A DNA stretch of 53,772 bases. Origin: Patescibacteria group bacterium (GTDB lineage: Bacteria; Patescibacteriota; Minisyncoccia; Phycocordibacterales; Phycocordibacteraceae). The first letter of the stretch is position 1. Each line of letters opens with the position of its first letter. The position numbers were made by a program, and so were the translations under genes. Location: positions 1-53,772 of the forward strand of contig JBBTSU010000006.1 in assembly GCA_038078715.1 (NCBI GenBank). Direction: 5' to 3'. The notes below the pieces were generated by a model. It ran no database searches. It was not told where the DNA came from and saw only the letters and a list, made by a program, of their open reading frames with translations. Below are positions 1 through 9,174 of this stretch, one piece after another.

Positions 1-1450
1 TCCCTTCTTCGTCCGGCACGGCGTCGTACACAGGGTCCATAGACGCAGGAAGAAGTGAGCGATCGATGAGTGTGGAGAGCACCTTCTCCATCATTTTCTT
101 TTCTTCACCTGTCGCAGGGCGCGCCTTCTTATTTCCATCAAGCGTACGGACCAAGCGCTGCGCCATAGACACCGTCACGGAAGAGGCAAAGAGCTTCGGG
201 TCTACCTTCAAATCCACCAAGCGAGGGAAGGTGCCAGCGGCGTTGTTAGTGTGGAGTGTAGAGAACACAAAGTGTCCGGTAAGTGCGGCTTGAATGGCGG
301 TCTCTGCCACTTCTGCATCACGGATTTCTCCCACCATGATTACGTCTGGATCCTGACGAAGTACGGAGCGAAGTCCTGAGGCGAAGGTGTAATCCTTTCC
401 GGTCTGTGTCTGCACGATGCCCTGGAGATGGTACTCAATCGGGTCTTCAATCGTCACGATCTTAATCTCCGGTGTGTGAATCTCGCGCAAAAAGGTATAC
501 AAACTGGTCGTCTTACCAGAACCCGTTGGGCCGGTGTTAAGGAGCATGCCGGTTGGACGGCGAATCTCAGTGGCAAGACGAGAGAGAAGCTTCGGATGGA
601 TACCAAGATCATTAAATGATTTATTGATTGCGCGTGGATCAAGAATACGAAGCACGATAGACTCGCCGTAGTTTCCTGGAATGACGGACGTGCGAACCTC
701 AATCTGAGAGTCATTCATTACCACCGTGAACCGTCCGTCCTGCGCACGATTCACCACGTTCAATTTCAAACCAGAGAGAAGCTTGATACGAGAGTTGAGG
801 AGGCGATGTACACGATGCTCAAAGGAGAAAGTGTCGGTCAACATTCCATCAAGACGAAGACGGAAGCGCACGTCTGCTTCTTCTGGCTCAAGGTGTATGT
901 CAGATGCCTTCATCACAAAGGCCGCCGCAAGCATTGCTTCAAATACCTTAGATACCTGAGATCCTTTCTTTTCGCTCAGTGTCTTTGTGAGGTTGGCCCG
1001 AAGGGTGGCAAGACTGGTGAGCTCTTGCGAAAGCGCCACCAGCTCATCACCTGAAATATCAAAACTCCCGACGGCACTCTCACTCGCAAAGGAAAGATCG
1101 GCATAGCGGGCGTAGCCTTTGTTAAGGCTCTTGGTAGAGACGAGGAACTTCGTAAGGATGTAGCCCTGGGCTTCTAGGTCAGCGAGTACCACAGGAAGCG
1201 CGGGGTTACCTGGGTTATGGAGCGCAACCGATACCTGCTTGGCAACCTTAGAGAATGCCACCACTTCTGCTTCGCGAGCAACGTCCTCAGGGATAAGGCG
1301 AAGCGCATCCACATCAATAGGGACCACCCCAAGGTCGGTGTAGGTAAGTCCATATTTACTAGAGAGCACCTCGGCGAGGTCCTCTTCTTCTTTCTCGCGG
1401 AGAAGCGCAAGCTTTGCGTCCTCTGCGCCTACGTCAAATTTATTGGCCAT
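1..1450 (-). CDS. pilB: Type IV pilus assembly ATPase, PilB/GspE family (3' end runs off the window)
   Basis: Not in the ORF track (no stop in the window). Manual translation from ATG 1450 (MANKFDVGAEDAKLALLREKEEEDLA...) gives ASDIHLEP, QDGRF, Walker A NTGPTGSGKTT, Asp box TIEDPIEY, Walker B LRQDPDVIMVGEIRD and His box AALTGHFVFSTLHTN. Confidence 0.9.
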   Translation of the reverse strand, partial: MANKFDVGAEDAKLALLREKEEEDLAEVLSSKYGLTYTDLGVVPIDVDALRLIPEDVAREAEVVAFSKVAKQVSVALHNPGNPALPVVLADLEAQGYILTKFLVSTKSLNKGYARYADLSFASESAVGSFDISGDELVALSQELTSLATLRANLTKTLSEKKGSQVSKVFEAMLAAAFVMKASDIHLEPEEADVRFRLRLDGMLTDTFSFEHRVHRLLNSRIKLLSGLKLNVVNRAQDGRFTVVMNDSQIEVRTSVIPGNYGESIVLRILDPRAINKSFNDLGIHPKLLSRLATEIRRPTGMLLNTGPTGSGKTTSLYTFLREIHTPEIKIVTIEDPIEYHLQGIVQTQTGKDYTFASGLRSVLRQDPDVIMVGEIRDAEVAETAIQAALTGHFVFSTLHTNNAAGTFPRLVDLKVDPKLFASSVTVSMAQRLVRTLDGNKKARPATGEEKKMMEKVLSTLIDRSLLPASMDPVYDAVPDEEG

Positions 1451-1496
1451 GACTCCTTATAGTATCGCGCGGGAGCGTTGTTGGTACAATGGGTGC

Positions 1497-1934
1497 ATGC
1501 AGAATGTCGTGGCAACCATCCCCGATCTAGAGCGGGAGGCAGAAGCGTTTATAGCGCGTCTTTCGCCTGAACCAAATCGAGCGACCCTGATAACGCTTTC
1601 AGGAGAGCTTGGTGCAGGGAAAACGTCTTTCACCAAAGCGCTCGCCAAGGCCTATAGCGTGAGCGAGAGCGTCACAAGCCCCACCTTTGTCCTAGAAAAG
1701 GTGTATGCGTTACCTGCATCTACTGGATTTGCACACCTCATTCATATTGATGCATACCGCCTGAAGAACGGAGAGGAACTCAAGGTGCTTGGATGGGCAG
1801 AAATTATGAAAGAGAGAAGCAACCTCATTCTTCTTGAGTGGCCAGAGAATGTAGCAGATGCTCTTCCGACGCCATCGGTTGCCATTCGTCTTGAACCAAA
1901 CGCAGACGGAAGTCGTACGATCGCCTATGTCTAA
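1497..1934 (+). CDS. tsaE: tRNA t6A biosynthesis ATPase TsaE
   Basis: LSGELGAGKT, VTSPTFVL, HIDAYRL and LLEWPE motifs. Start moved to ATG 1497, 6 nt after TGgTACAAT. Confidence 0.93.
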   Translation: MQNVVATIPDLEREAEAFIARLSPEPNRATLITLSGELGAGKTSFTKALAKAYSVSESVTSPTFVLEKVYALPASTGFAHLIHIDAYRLKNGEELKVLGWAEIMKERSNLILLEWPENVADALPTPSVAIRLEPNADGSRTIAYV

Positions 1935-4311
1935 GAGCACGAACAAAAAGAAGCTTGTGCTTCTCGACGCGCACGCGATCATTCACCGCGCGTACCACGC
2001 ACTTCCCGACTTCACATCTCCGGCGGGAGCGCCAACTGGTGCACTCTACGGCCTCTCCTCCATGCTCCTGCGGATTATGCAGGACCTAAAGCCAGACTAC
2101 ATTGCCGCCTGCTACGACCTTCCGAAACCAACCGTGCGGCACGAAGCGTATAAGGACTACAAAGGAACCCGCACAAAGACGGATGACGCGCTTATTACGC
2201 AGCTCAAGTCCTCTCGCGACGTGTTCGCTGCCTTTTGCATACCTATATATGAGCGAGAGGGGTTTGAAGCAGATGATGTCCTCGGCACCATCGCGCACAT
2301 GCTTAAAGACGATACGGATGTAGACGTCATCATTGCTTCAGGCGATATGGATACCCTGCAGCTTGTAGATGGCACGAGAGTGCGTGTGTACACGCTCAAG
2401 AAGGGACTGAATGACACGATTATGTATGACGAGAAGACAGTGGAAGCACGCTTCGGATTCTCTCCTGCACTCATTCCCGACTGGAAAGGACTTCGTGGAG
2501 ATCCCTCCGACAACATTAAAGGAGTACCAGGCATTGGAGAGAAAACGGCGACTGATCTCATCGTGAACTTCGGGAGCGTAGAGGAAATCTATAAGAAACT
2601 TAAGAAAAGCGAGAAAGCGTTTCTTGATAAGGGCATCAAGGCACGCATGGTGAACATTCTCAAAGAACACGAAGAGGATGCCATGTTCTCTAAGATGATT
2701 GCAACAATCCGCACCGACGCACCGATTGCCTTTGTACTTCCTGACGCAGAACAGGTCGCGGCAACACGAGGAAAGAAAGTGCTCGCATTGTTTGATGAGC
2801 TTGGTTTCCGTTCGCTCCGTGGTCGTGCGCGAGCAGTTTTGTTCGGAGGAGAAGAGGACGAAGACGAGGTGAATGCGGAGGAGGATCTCCCAGCAGAAGA
2901 GGTGAACGAAGAGAAGCTTGCTGAAGCAAAAGCGATGCTCTGGCTCCTTCATTCCGACTTTACGAATCCAAGCATTGAAGACGTGATTGCGTTTGCCAAG
3001 ACACGCACTTTTGAAGATGCATATACTGAACTTGAGAAGAAAATAAAAGAAACCGGTCGGCTCTGGGAAGTGTACGAGAACATTGAGAAACCCCTTATCC
3101 CAGTGCTTGTACGCATGAAGGAGCACGGAGTCCTCATAGACACCAAGGTGCTCACCGCGCTCGCCAAGATCTACCGAAAAGAGCTAGAAGCCATAGAAGC
3201 CCGTATCTACAAGGCTGCAGGGCACGAGTTTAACGTAAGCTCTCCAAAGCAGTTGGGCACCGTACTGTTTGACGAGCTTAACCTCGTCGCCAAGGGACAG
3301 AAAAAAACTGCAGGCGGCCAGCGCTCTACGCGTGAATCAGAGCTTGAGAAGATCAAAGACCTTCACCCAATCGTGGAAGATATTTTGGAATATCGTGAAC
3401 TCCAGAAACTCCTCTCGACGTACATTGAAAGCATGCCGCCACTTCTGGACGATGAGAATCGTCTTCACGCAGATTTTCTTCAGAGTGGGACGACCACAGG
3501 ACGTATGGCAAGTGCGAACCCAAACCTGCAGAACATTCCTATTCGCACAGAGCGAGGCCGCGCAATCCGCAATGCGTTTGTCGCACCAAAGGGCTGCATA
3601 CTGGTGGCGCTTGATTACTCGCAGATTGAACTCCGGATCGCCGCAATTCTTTCTGGTGACAAAAAGCTTGGAGATATTTTCCGCAGTGGACGAGACGTAC
3701 ACCAGGAAGTGGCAGCAGCAGTCTTTAAGGTAGCCCCCGAGAATGTGGACGCAGAAATGCGCCGTCGTGCAAAGGCAATCAACTTCGGCATTTTGTATGG
3801 AATGGGAGTGAATTCACTACGTGCGTCTCTCGGCACTACGACCGCAGAAGCGCACAAGTTCTATGATGACTACTTCAACACATTCTCTACACTCGCTGAG
3901 TATCTAGAAAAAACAAAAGGTTTTGCACGTAAGAACGGATACACGGAAACACTCTTTGGCCGTCGTCGTCAGTTCCCAGAAATGAAATCACCACTTCCAT
4001 ACGTGCGTGCGCAGGCAGAGCGTATGGCCATCAACGCACCGATCCAGGGCACGCAGTCTGACATCATCAAGCTCGCCATGGTGCGGATTGATGAGTTTCT
4101 TCGTACCGACGGGCACGATGACAAGGCGTATCTTCTTCTTCAGGTACATGACGAGTTGGTGTATGAGATGAGCGAAGATCGTGCACAGGATCTGATACCA
4201 AAAATCAAAGAGCTCATGGAGCAAGTCCTCCCACTTGAAGACGCACATAACGTGCCGGTGGTGGCAGAAGTAAAGCAGGGTCCGAACTGGGGTACCATGG
4301 AGCGTATATGA
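1927..4311 (+). CDS. polA: DNA polymerase I (5'-3' exonuclease and polymerase; 3'-5' exonuclease region strongly reduced)
   Basis: LLDAHAIIHRAYHA, EADDVLGT, GDPSDNIKGVPGIGEKTA, DYSQIELR, AKAINFGILYG, LLQVHDEL. Start at ATG 1927, overlapping tsaE. Confidence 0.97.
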   Translation: MSKSTNKKKLVLLDAHAIIHRAYHALPDFTSPAGAPTGALYGLSSMLLRIMQDLKPDYIAACYDLPKPTVRHEAYKDYKGTRTKTDDALITQLKSSRDVFAAFCIPIYEREGFEADDVLGTIAHMLKDDTDVDVIIASGDMDTLQLVDGTRVRVYTLKKGLNDTIMYDEKTVEARFGFSPALIPDWKGLRGDPSDNIKGVPGIGEKTATDLIVNFGSVEEIYKKLKKSEKAFLDKGIKARMVNILKEHEEDAMFSKMIATIRTDAPIAFVLPDAEQVAATRGKKVLALFDELGFRSLRGRARAVLFGGEEDEDEVNAEEDLPAEEVNEEKLAEAKAMLWLLHSDFTNPSIEDVIAFAKTRTFEDAYTELEKKIKETGRLWEVYENIEKPLIPVLVRMKEHGVLIDTKVLTALAKIYRKELEAIEARIYKAAGHEFNVSSPKQLGTVLFDELNLVAKGQKKTAGGQRSTRESELEKIKDLHPIVEDILEYRELQKLLSTYIESMPPLLDDENRLHADFLQSGTTTGRMASANPNLQNIPIRTERGRAIRNAFVAPKGCILVALDYSQIELRIAAILSGDKKLGDIFRSGRDVHQEVAAAVFKVAPENVDAEMRRRAKAINFGILYGMGVNSLRASLGTTTAEAHKFYDDYFNTFSTLAEYLEKTKGFARKNGYTETLFGRRRQFPEMKSPLPYVRAQAERMAINAPIQGTQSDIIKLAMVRIDEFLRTDGHDDKAYLLLQVHDELVYEMSEDRAQDLIPKIKELMEQVLPLEDAHNVPVVAEVKQGPNWGTMERI

Positions 4312-4958
4312 TCTATCTCTTCCACGGCTCAGACGCAGGGAAGACGCGCGCGAAGGCATTTCAGTGGATTGCCGCAGCGAGAGCAAAACAACCAGAGGCG
4401 TCGTATCTTCGGTTTGACGCAACTTCTTTGTCGGAGATGGCACTCTTAAACGCACTTGCGACGCAGGGACTCTTTTTTAAGAAGTCTCTCATTTTAATTG
4501 ATGATCCATTCTCGGTGGCAGAATCGGGCGCACTTGTACTTGAACACTTAGATCAAATCCAAAAGACGGAGAACATTGTTGGGATTCTTGCGCCGAAGCT
4601 TCTTGCCGCACGCGTAAAGAAACTAGAAGCGAAGGCAGAAAAAGTATTTGTGTGTGATGCAGCGGAGAAGAAGGTGCGTGGCTTTAACAATGGACTGGTA
4701 AATGCGCTTGCCACAAAAGATCGCGCGCTTCTGTGGAAAGAGATCGTTAAAGCGCTGCGAGAGGGTGATGCTCCTGAAGCACTGCACGGTCTGTTGCATT
4801 GGAAGGCTCGCGACATGATGCAGAAGGGAAGCCCGAAGTGGGGGAAGGATGGATCTCGTGTCCTCTCTCGCCAGCTCATTGAGCTCCTATCTGATTCCCG
4901 TAGTGGTGACCTCCCGCTTGCAGCGTCGCTTGAGCGTTTTGCACTGTCGCTCAAATAA
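4308..4958 (+). CDS. Short DNA polymerase III delta (HolA)-like protein
   Basis: N-terminal MIYLFHGSD and GLFFKKSLILID resemble the HolA N-domain. ATGA-coupled to polA. Much shorter than canonical HolA. Confidence 0.6.
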   Translation: MIYLFHGSDAGKTRAKAFQWIAAARAKQPEASYLRFDATSLSEMALLNALATQGLFFKKSLILIDDPFSVAESGALVLEHLDQIQKTENIVGILAPKLLAARVKKLEAKAEKVFVCDAAEKKVRGFNNGLVNALATKDRALLWKEIVKALREGDAPEALHGLLHWKARDMMQKGSPKWGKDGSRVLSRQLIELLSDSRSGDLPLAASLERFALSLK

Positions 4959-4964
4959 AAGTAG

Positions 4965-5037
4965 TCCGCCCGCCAGGGCTCGAACCTGGGACCGTCTCCT
5001 TAAAAGGGAGCTGCTCTACCGACTGAGCTACGGGCGG
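4965..5037 (-). tRNA. tRNA-Lys(TTT)
   Basis: Cloverleaf: CCGCCCG acceptor, D-arm GCTC/GAGC, anticodon loop CTTTTAA, T-loop TTCGAGC. CCA not encoded. Confidence 0.93.
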
Positions 5038-5072
5038 CTAAGGGACACCGTACCACCTTGCGAGCGTGTTTT

Positions 5073-5990
5073 CTAGTACGCAAAGACGTCGACGGTCTTT
5101 CCTGCACTATCGGTGAGACGAATGGTCTCGTGATTTTCTTTCCACAACTCTCGTGCGCCACCAAGGAAGACGCGCCAGGTGCGCTCGGAGAACTCAGGGT
5201 CATTTTGATACGCGGCAACACAGGAGTTGTAGTTGAGACCTTCTAGGAATGATTCACAACTACTTGATACATCCGTCTGAATATTCTCAGGCACCGTACA
5301 GCGAGGGATGCTCCATGATGCGAGCGCACAGTCTTCTTTGTCTGACCGATCGTAGCGCATCAGCACCTCTTCTCGTGCAGTCGGACAGGAATCTTCAAGA
5401 TCAGGTTCAAAGTCCTGGAACTCATCCAGGTACCCAGTGCAGATGCTTTCACGGAAGGAAACACCGATAGGGGAACGACCAGTCGTGACGACCACAGTAT
5501 CTCCAGGCGCAACGACAATAGACGAGACGGTGTTTACGCTTCCTGCGCGAGGAATGGCCACACCGCCGGGGATAATGCCACCGACACCTGAGGACATGCT
5601 CTCAAGTTTCCACCCGGTCATAGTGATAGGGACTTCTGCACGGCGAGACACACTGATACTCAAATATTCTTCGCTTGCCGTCGTGCCACGAGGACCACTT
5701 GGGTTACGAGTGATGGATACGACCCCACGATACTCAGAGGTCTCGCCATAGGAAGAAAGATCTTCAAGCTGCGCGCCAAGATCAAAGAAGCCGCTGTTAT
5801 TTCCGGTGATGCCACTCGTGAGTCCTGAGCCACGCTTGAGTTCGTAGGGCTCCGCAAGTTCTCCTGGGCCATCAATTGGTTTTACGTAGGGACCTGCAGA
5901 CGCGAAGGGTTTGGCAGGACCCCCTGTCATTACCCACAAGATGAATACGAAAATAAGAATGCCGATGAAGAGAAGCGCATTGTTGCTCAT
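5073..5990 (-). CDS. Membrane-anchored extracellular protein with lamin-tail-domain-like fold and Cys-rich C-terminus
   Basis: Start reassigned to ATG 5990 (MSNNALLFIGILIFVFILWVM, a TM helix). EEYLSIS...ITMTGWKLES resembles the LTD signature; six Cys downstream. Confidence 0.65.
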   Translation of the reverse strand: MSNNALLFIGILIFVFILWVMTGGPAKPFASAGPYVKPIDGPGELAEPYELKRGSGLTSGITGNNSGFFDLGAQLEDLSSYGETSEYRGVVSITRNPSGPRGTTASEEYLSISVSRRAEVPITMTGWKLESMSSGVGGIIPGGVAIPRAGSVNTVSSIVVAPGDTVVVTTGRSPIGVSFRESICTGYLDEFQDFEPDLEDSCPTAREEVLMRYDRSDKEDCALASWSIPRCTVPENIQTDVSSSCESFLEGLNYNSCVAAYQNDPEFSERTWRVFLGGARELWKENHETIRLTDSAGKTVDVFAY

Positions 5991-6006
5991 GTCCCAATGA
6001 TACCAG

Positions 6007-7263
6007 CTAGGCTGCGCGGCGCTGGAGCTCCTCGTGTACCACCTGGGCATCACTCCACGGAGTCTTTTCATCTTTGGCGCCCATGATGTATGGGTCAGTG
6101 CCCTTACCCGAAATAAGCACCACGTCATCTTCCTCAGCGAGTGAGAGGGCAGTGCGAATTGCTTCACGACGATCCATGACAATGCGTGGCTTCTTTTCCA
6201 TTCCTTCAGCCATTGCTTTCACAATCGCTTCAGGATTCTCATCGTATGGGTCTTCATTGGTGAGAATGACCTCGTGGCAATACTCCTCTGCTATCTTGCC
6301 CATTTCAGGACGCTTCCAGGTGTCGCGACCGCCGCCCGTATTCCCAAGGACACAGATTTTTCGGCGTGCAGGATACGCTTCATAGAGTGCACGAAGAGAG
6401 TCAGGCGTATGTGCGTAGTCCACCACCGCAAGAAAGTTCTGTCCTTCATCTATTTGTTCGGCGCGGCCAGGAATGCGTGAGAGACGTTCAAGTGCACGTG
6501 CGCATGAGGTTGAACTTACACCAAGGAACGTTGCTGCTTTCACTGCCGCAAGAATATTCATGACTGAGAAGACGCCAGGGTGTGGTGACGTGATAGTCGT
6601 TCCGTTCAAAGTGAAGCGTACAGACTCGTTCTCCAAGACGACATTCTGTGCGTCCCCGTATGAAAAAGGAATAGACTCTTCCACAGGAAGTTCCAGGAAA
6701 CGAATGCCGTATGAGTCATCCGCATTTGCCACGACTGCACGCGGACGTTTTTCTGAGCTCGCAAGTTCTTTGCCAATGCGGTACTTTGCGGAGAAGTAAT
6801 TCTCAATACCGCCGTGTGACTCAATGTGTTCACGCGCAAGATTGGTGAACACGAGTACGTTTAAGGAAGTGAAGAGATGTCGGTATTGAAGCGCGCTTTC
6901 ACTCGTCAGTTCTACGACCACATGTGTTGCCCCCGCTTTCTTCGCATCACGGAAGAAGCGCTGCAAAAAACCACGACCCGGGAGCGTCATCTTATACAGG
7001 TTCGGATGTGATTCGTTTCCTATCTTGAAACGGATCGTGCTTGAGAGGGCGACGGTGTGCCCGTCCTCTTCAAGAATCGCCGTGATCATTTCTGAGACAG
7101 ACGATTTTCCCTTGGTCCCGGTGACGCCGATGACGATGAGGTCACGCGCAGGGAATCCGTACCAGAACGCGCTCCCGAATGCCCATAGATAGTGGTAGGG
7201 GCGAAGAAGCGCCCGATAGATAGGGCGCGGAAGAGTTGCAGCGAGAATATGCCGAAGTCCCAT
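6007..7263 (-). CDS. murE: UDP-MurNAc-dipeptide amino-acid ligase (MurE family, N-terminally short)
   Basis: IGVTGTKGKSS, VFTNLAREHIESHG, IPGRAE, VVDYAHTPDSL, GGGRDTWKRPEMG, ISGKG. Confidence 0.88.
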   Translation of the reverse strand: MGLRHILAATLPRPIYRALLRPYHYLWAFGSAFWYGFPARDLIVIGVTGTKGKSSVSEMITAILEEDGHTVALSSTIRFKIGNESHPNLYKMTLPGRGFLQRFFRDAKKAGATHVVVELTSESALQYRHLFTSLNVLVFTNLAREHIESHGGIENYFSAKYRIGKELASSEKRPRAVVANADDSYGIRFLELPVEESIPFSYGDAQNVVLENESVRFTLNGTTITSPHPGVFSVMNILAAVKAATFLGVSSTSCARALERLSRIPGRAEQIDEGQNFLAVVDYAHTPDSLRALYEAYPARRKICVLGNTGGGRDTWKRPEMGKIAEEYCHEVILTNEDPYDENPEAIVKAMAEGMEKKPRIVMDRREAIRTALSLAEEDDVVLISGKGTDPYIMGAKDEKTPWSDAQVVHEELQRRAA

Positions 7264-7265
7264 GG

Positions 7266-7820
7266 CTATCGTGTTGCAGAAGAAAGGGCGGCCTTAAGGC
7301 GCGCGTCCTTTCCAGTAATATCTCCCGGCACCAGTGAGAGGGCACGACGTGCTTCACGATCGGTATAGCCAAGTGCAACGAGAGTATCAAACACATCTGA
7401 GTCCTCTCCTTCATGCGCAGGAGAGGACATTCCCACCTTCTCTGAAAGCTCCACCACTAACTTCTCTGCAGCCTTCTTCCCAAGACCCACGACGCGAGTG
7501 AGGTAGGAGATGTCGCGCTTCGCAATTGCTCCTTCAAGTGCCTCACGTGGTGCACGACGAAGAATAGAGAGGGCAGTCTTTGGTCCTACTCCAGAGACGA
7601 GCAAACAGAGCTGGAAGAATCGAACATCGGCAGCCTCAGTAAAGCCATAGAGCTCCACCCCGTCTTGCTTGAAGGCCAGGTGCGTTTGCATGTGGGTCTC
7701 TTGCCCGACCACAAGTCCCTCAGAGGAAATCATGGAGACAAAAACTCCCCAGCCCGCCACATCAACGACCGCACCTTCAGGCTCTACCGACACCACCGTT
7801 CCTCGTATCTCCCGTATCAT
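7266..7820 (-). CDS. ruvA: Holliday junction branch migration protein RuvA
   Basis: MIREIRG, ELYGF, VSGVGPKTAL, GLGKKAAEKLVVEL, LVALGY. Confidence 0.95.
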   Translation of the reverse strand: MIREIRGTVVSVEPEGAVVDVAGWGVFVSMISSEGLVVGQETHMQTHLAFKQDGVELYGFTEAADVRFFQLCLLVSGVGPKTALSILRRAPREALEGAIAKRDISYLTRVVGLGKKAAEKLVVELSEKVGMSSPAHEGEDSDVFDTLVALGYTDREARRALSLVPGDITGKDARLKAALSSATR

Positions 7821-7874
7821 TCACCCCATCCTACCATTTGCGCGAAAAAGAGAGATAGCGTACTATGCCGCGAC

Positions 7875-8132
7875 ATGGCAATCACGAAATCAGCAAAGAA
7901 AGCGCACCGCGCATCCCTAAACAAGAGGGTCTTTAACCTTCGTCGCAAGCGTGCACTTAACGACTCCACCAAGGAAGTTAAGAAGCTTATTGCAGAAGGA
8001 AAGGGAAAGGACGCGGCCGCTTCTCTCTCCGCTGCCTACAAGGCAATTGATAAGGCAGCAAAGCGCGGAGTGATCAAGAAAAACACCGCCGCTCGCAAGA
8101 AGTCTCGTCTCGCAAAGGCACTCGCAAAATAA
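7875..8132 (+). CDS. rpsT: 30S ribosomal protein S20
   Basis: MAITKSAKKAHR...IDKAAKRGVIKKNTAARKKSRL. Start at ATG 7875. Confidence 0.96.
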   Translation: MAITKSAKKAHRASLNKRVFNLRRKRALNDSTKEVKKLIAEGKGKDAAASLSAAYKAIDKAAKRGVIKKNTAARKKSRLAKALAK

Positions 8133-8133
8133 G

Positions 8134-8158
8134 AAGCCGCCCCGAGGGGCGGTTTTTT
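8134..8158. terminator. Intrinsic terminator between convergent rpsT and tRNA-Arg
   Basis: GCCGCCCC-GA-GGGGCGGT hairpin followed by a T6 run. Confidence 0.8.
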
Positions 8159-8162
8159 GATG

Positions 8163-8234
8163 TGCTCTCGGCAGGAATCGAACCTGCATTTCCTCCTTCG
8201 GAGGGAGATGTCCTATCCGTTGAACGACGAGAGC
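8163..8234 (-). tRNA. tRNA-Arg(CCG)
   Basis: GCTCTCG acceptor, anticodon loop CTCCGAA, T-loop TTCGATT. Confidence 0.93.
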
Positions 8235-8263
8235 ATTCCGGGGACTATAGCACTATTTATAAT

Positions 8264-8375
8264 GGTGCCCGACCCGACCTCAGACGGGGTCGTGCACGGA
8301 GTTCTAAGGGCTCCTTGGGGGCTAAGAATGGGGCGGAGTCTCTCCGTCAGGCTGTTTGGGACGAGGTTGGAACCT
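8264..8375. other. GC-rich, highly foldable intergenic segment (possible ncRNA or att-site remnant)
   Basis: Three hairpins (GTGCCCGACCC/GGGTCGTGCAC; GGAGTTC/GGGCTCC; GGCGGAG/CTCCGTC), end-to-end CCGACCTC/GAGGTTGG pairing, and TATAAT at 8258-8263. Confidence 0.35.
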
Positions 8376-9113
8376 TTATTCGTCGTGCTTTTTTCTTCGA
8401 TATATCACCACCTTATCGGAAGGTCGTTCAACATCAAACTCTCCTTGTTGATCATGAAGAAATACATGCCCTCCAAACTTCTCGCCAACGTACGCTCCGT
8501 CGTCTTTCAATACACGTTTAATCTCTTCGGATACCTGTTTTTCATACTCGTAGTTGATGATATCGGAGTCAATACCACTGCAAAACACGCTTACTGAATT
8601 ATCAGGAAGTCGCTTTAAAAAAGTCAGCATGTCTTCTTCGACAATCGAAACTTCAGTAATGAGTGGGGGTTGCACAGATCCAAACACCTCTTGATCGCGA
8701 CTTTTGGGATCAGTAAATAAGGATTGAGTGGTTGCCGCTAACGAAGAAGCTGAATATGCATCCACTCCTACATAGCCTTTAGCGCCAGCACGATCTGCGA
8801 TGAGATACCCGAAAGGATATCTCCCGGCTCCTATATCGACTACCACCTGTCCTCGCAGCGCCTCATTCAAAGATTCTGCCGATTCAGCATCAATCGCAAG
8901 CCACCGGACAAATCCTGCCGGATAGTCGGTTCCGATGTCTGTGTTGTTTCTGAAAGATGCTCGCGTGCTTCTTTCAAATGTCGACTCTTCGTCGTGCGTT
9001 AAATCAGCAGCATCTATGTCTGGGACTAGTTTGCTAACTGAGACAAACAGTTTCTCTGATGCGCGTTCTTTGTTTGTATCAGGAGACTGTGTAGGAGTTC
9101 CTTCTTTTGCCAT
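8376..9113 (-). CDS. Class I SAM-dependent methyltransferase-like protein
   Basis: Motif I VVVDIGAG, motif II YVGVD, EDMLTFLKRLPDNSV and EIKRVLKDDG. Sequence is AT-richer than its flanks. Confidence 0.7.
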   Translation of the reverse strand: MAKEGTPTQSPDTNKERASEKLFVSVSKLVPDIDAADLTHDEESTFERSTRASFRNNTDIGTDYPAGFVRWLAIDAESAESLNEALRGQVVVDIGAGRYPFGYLIADRAGAKGYVGVDAYSASSLAATTQSLFTDPKSRDQEVFGSVQPPLITEVSIVEEDMLTFLKRLPDNSVSVFCSGIDSDIINYEYEKQVSEEIKRVLKDDGAYVGEKFGGHVFLHDQQGEFDVERPSDKVVIYRRKKHDE

Positions 9114-9174
9114 GCGAAAAGTATATCAGCCGCCGAGCGAAGCGGCCATCTCTGACTTGTCATTTTCTAACGAG

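Noticed and set aside
66-1462. Several short ORFs in the track over the first 1.4 kb
   Set aside because: They are shadows of the minus-strand pilB frame, which the track missed because it has no stop inside the window.
8264-8375. Assignment as SRP RNA, 6S RNA, or glycine/SAM riboswitch
   Set aside because: It lacks the SRP helix-8 motif, is short for 6S, only loosely resembles the glycine aptamer (GGAGAGA...AAGGAGC), and is not upstream of a suitable gene. Left as an unassigned candidate.
8157-8597. Plus-strand ORFs of 146 and 119 aa
   Set aside because: They run antisense across tRNA-Arg and the methyltransferase gene with no coherent protein family signal.
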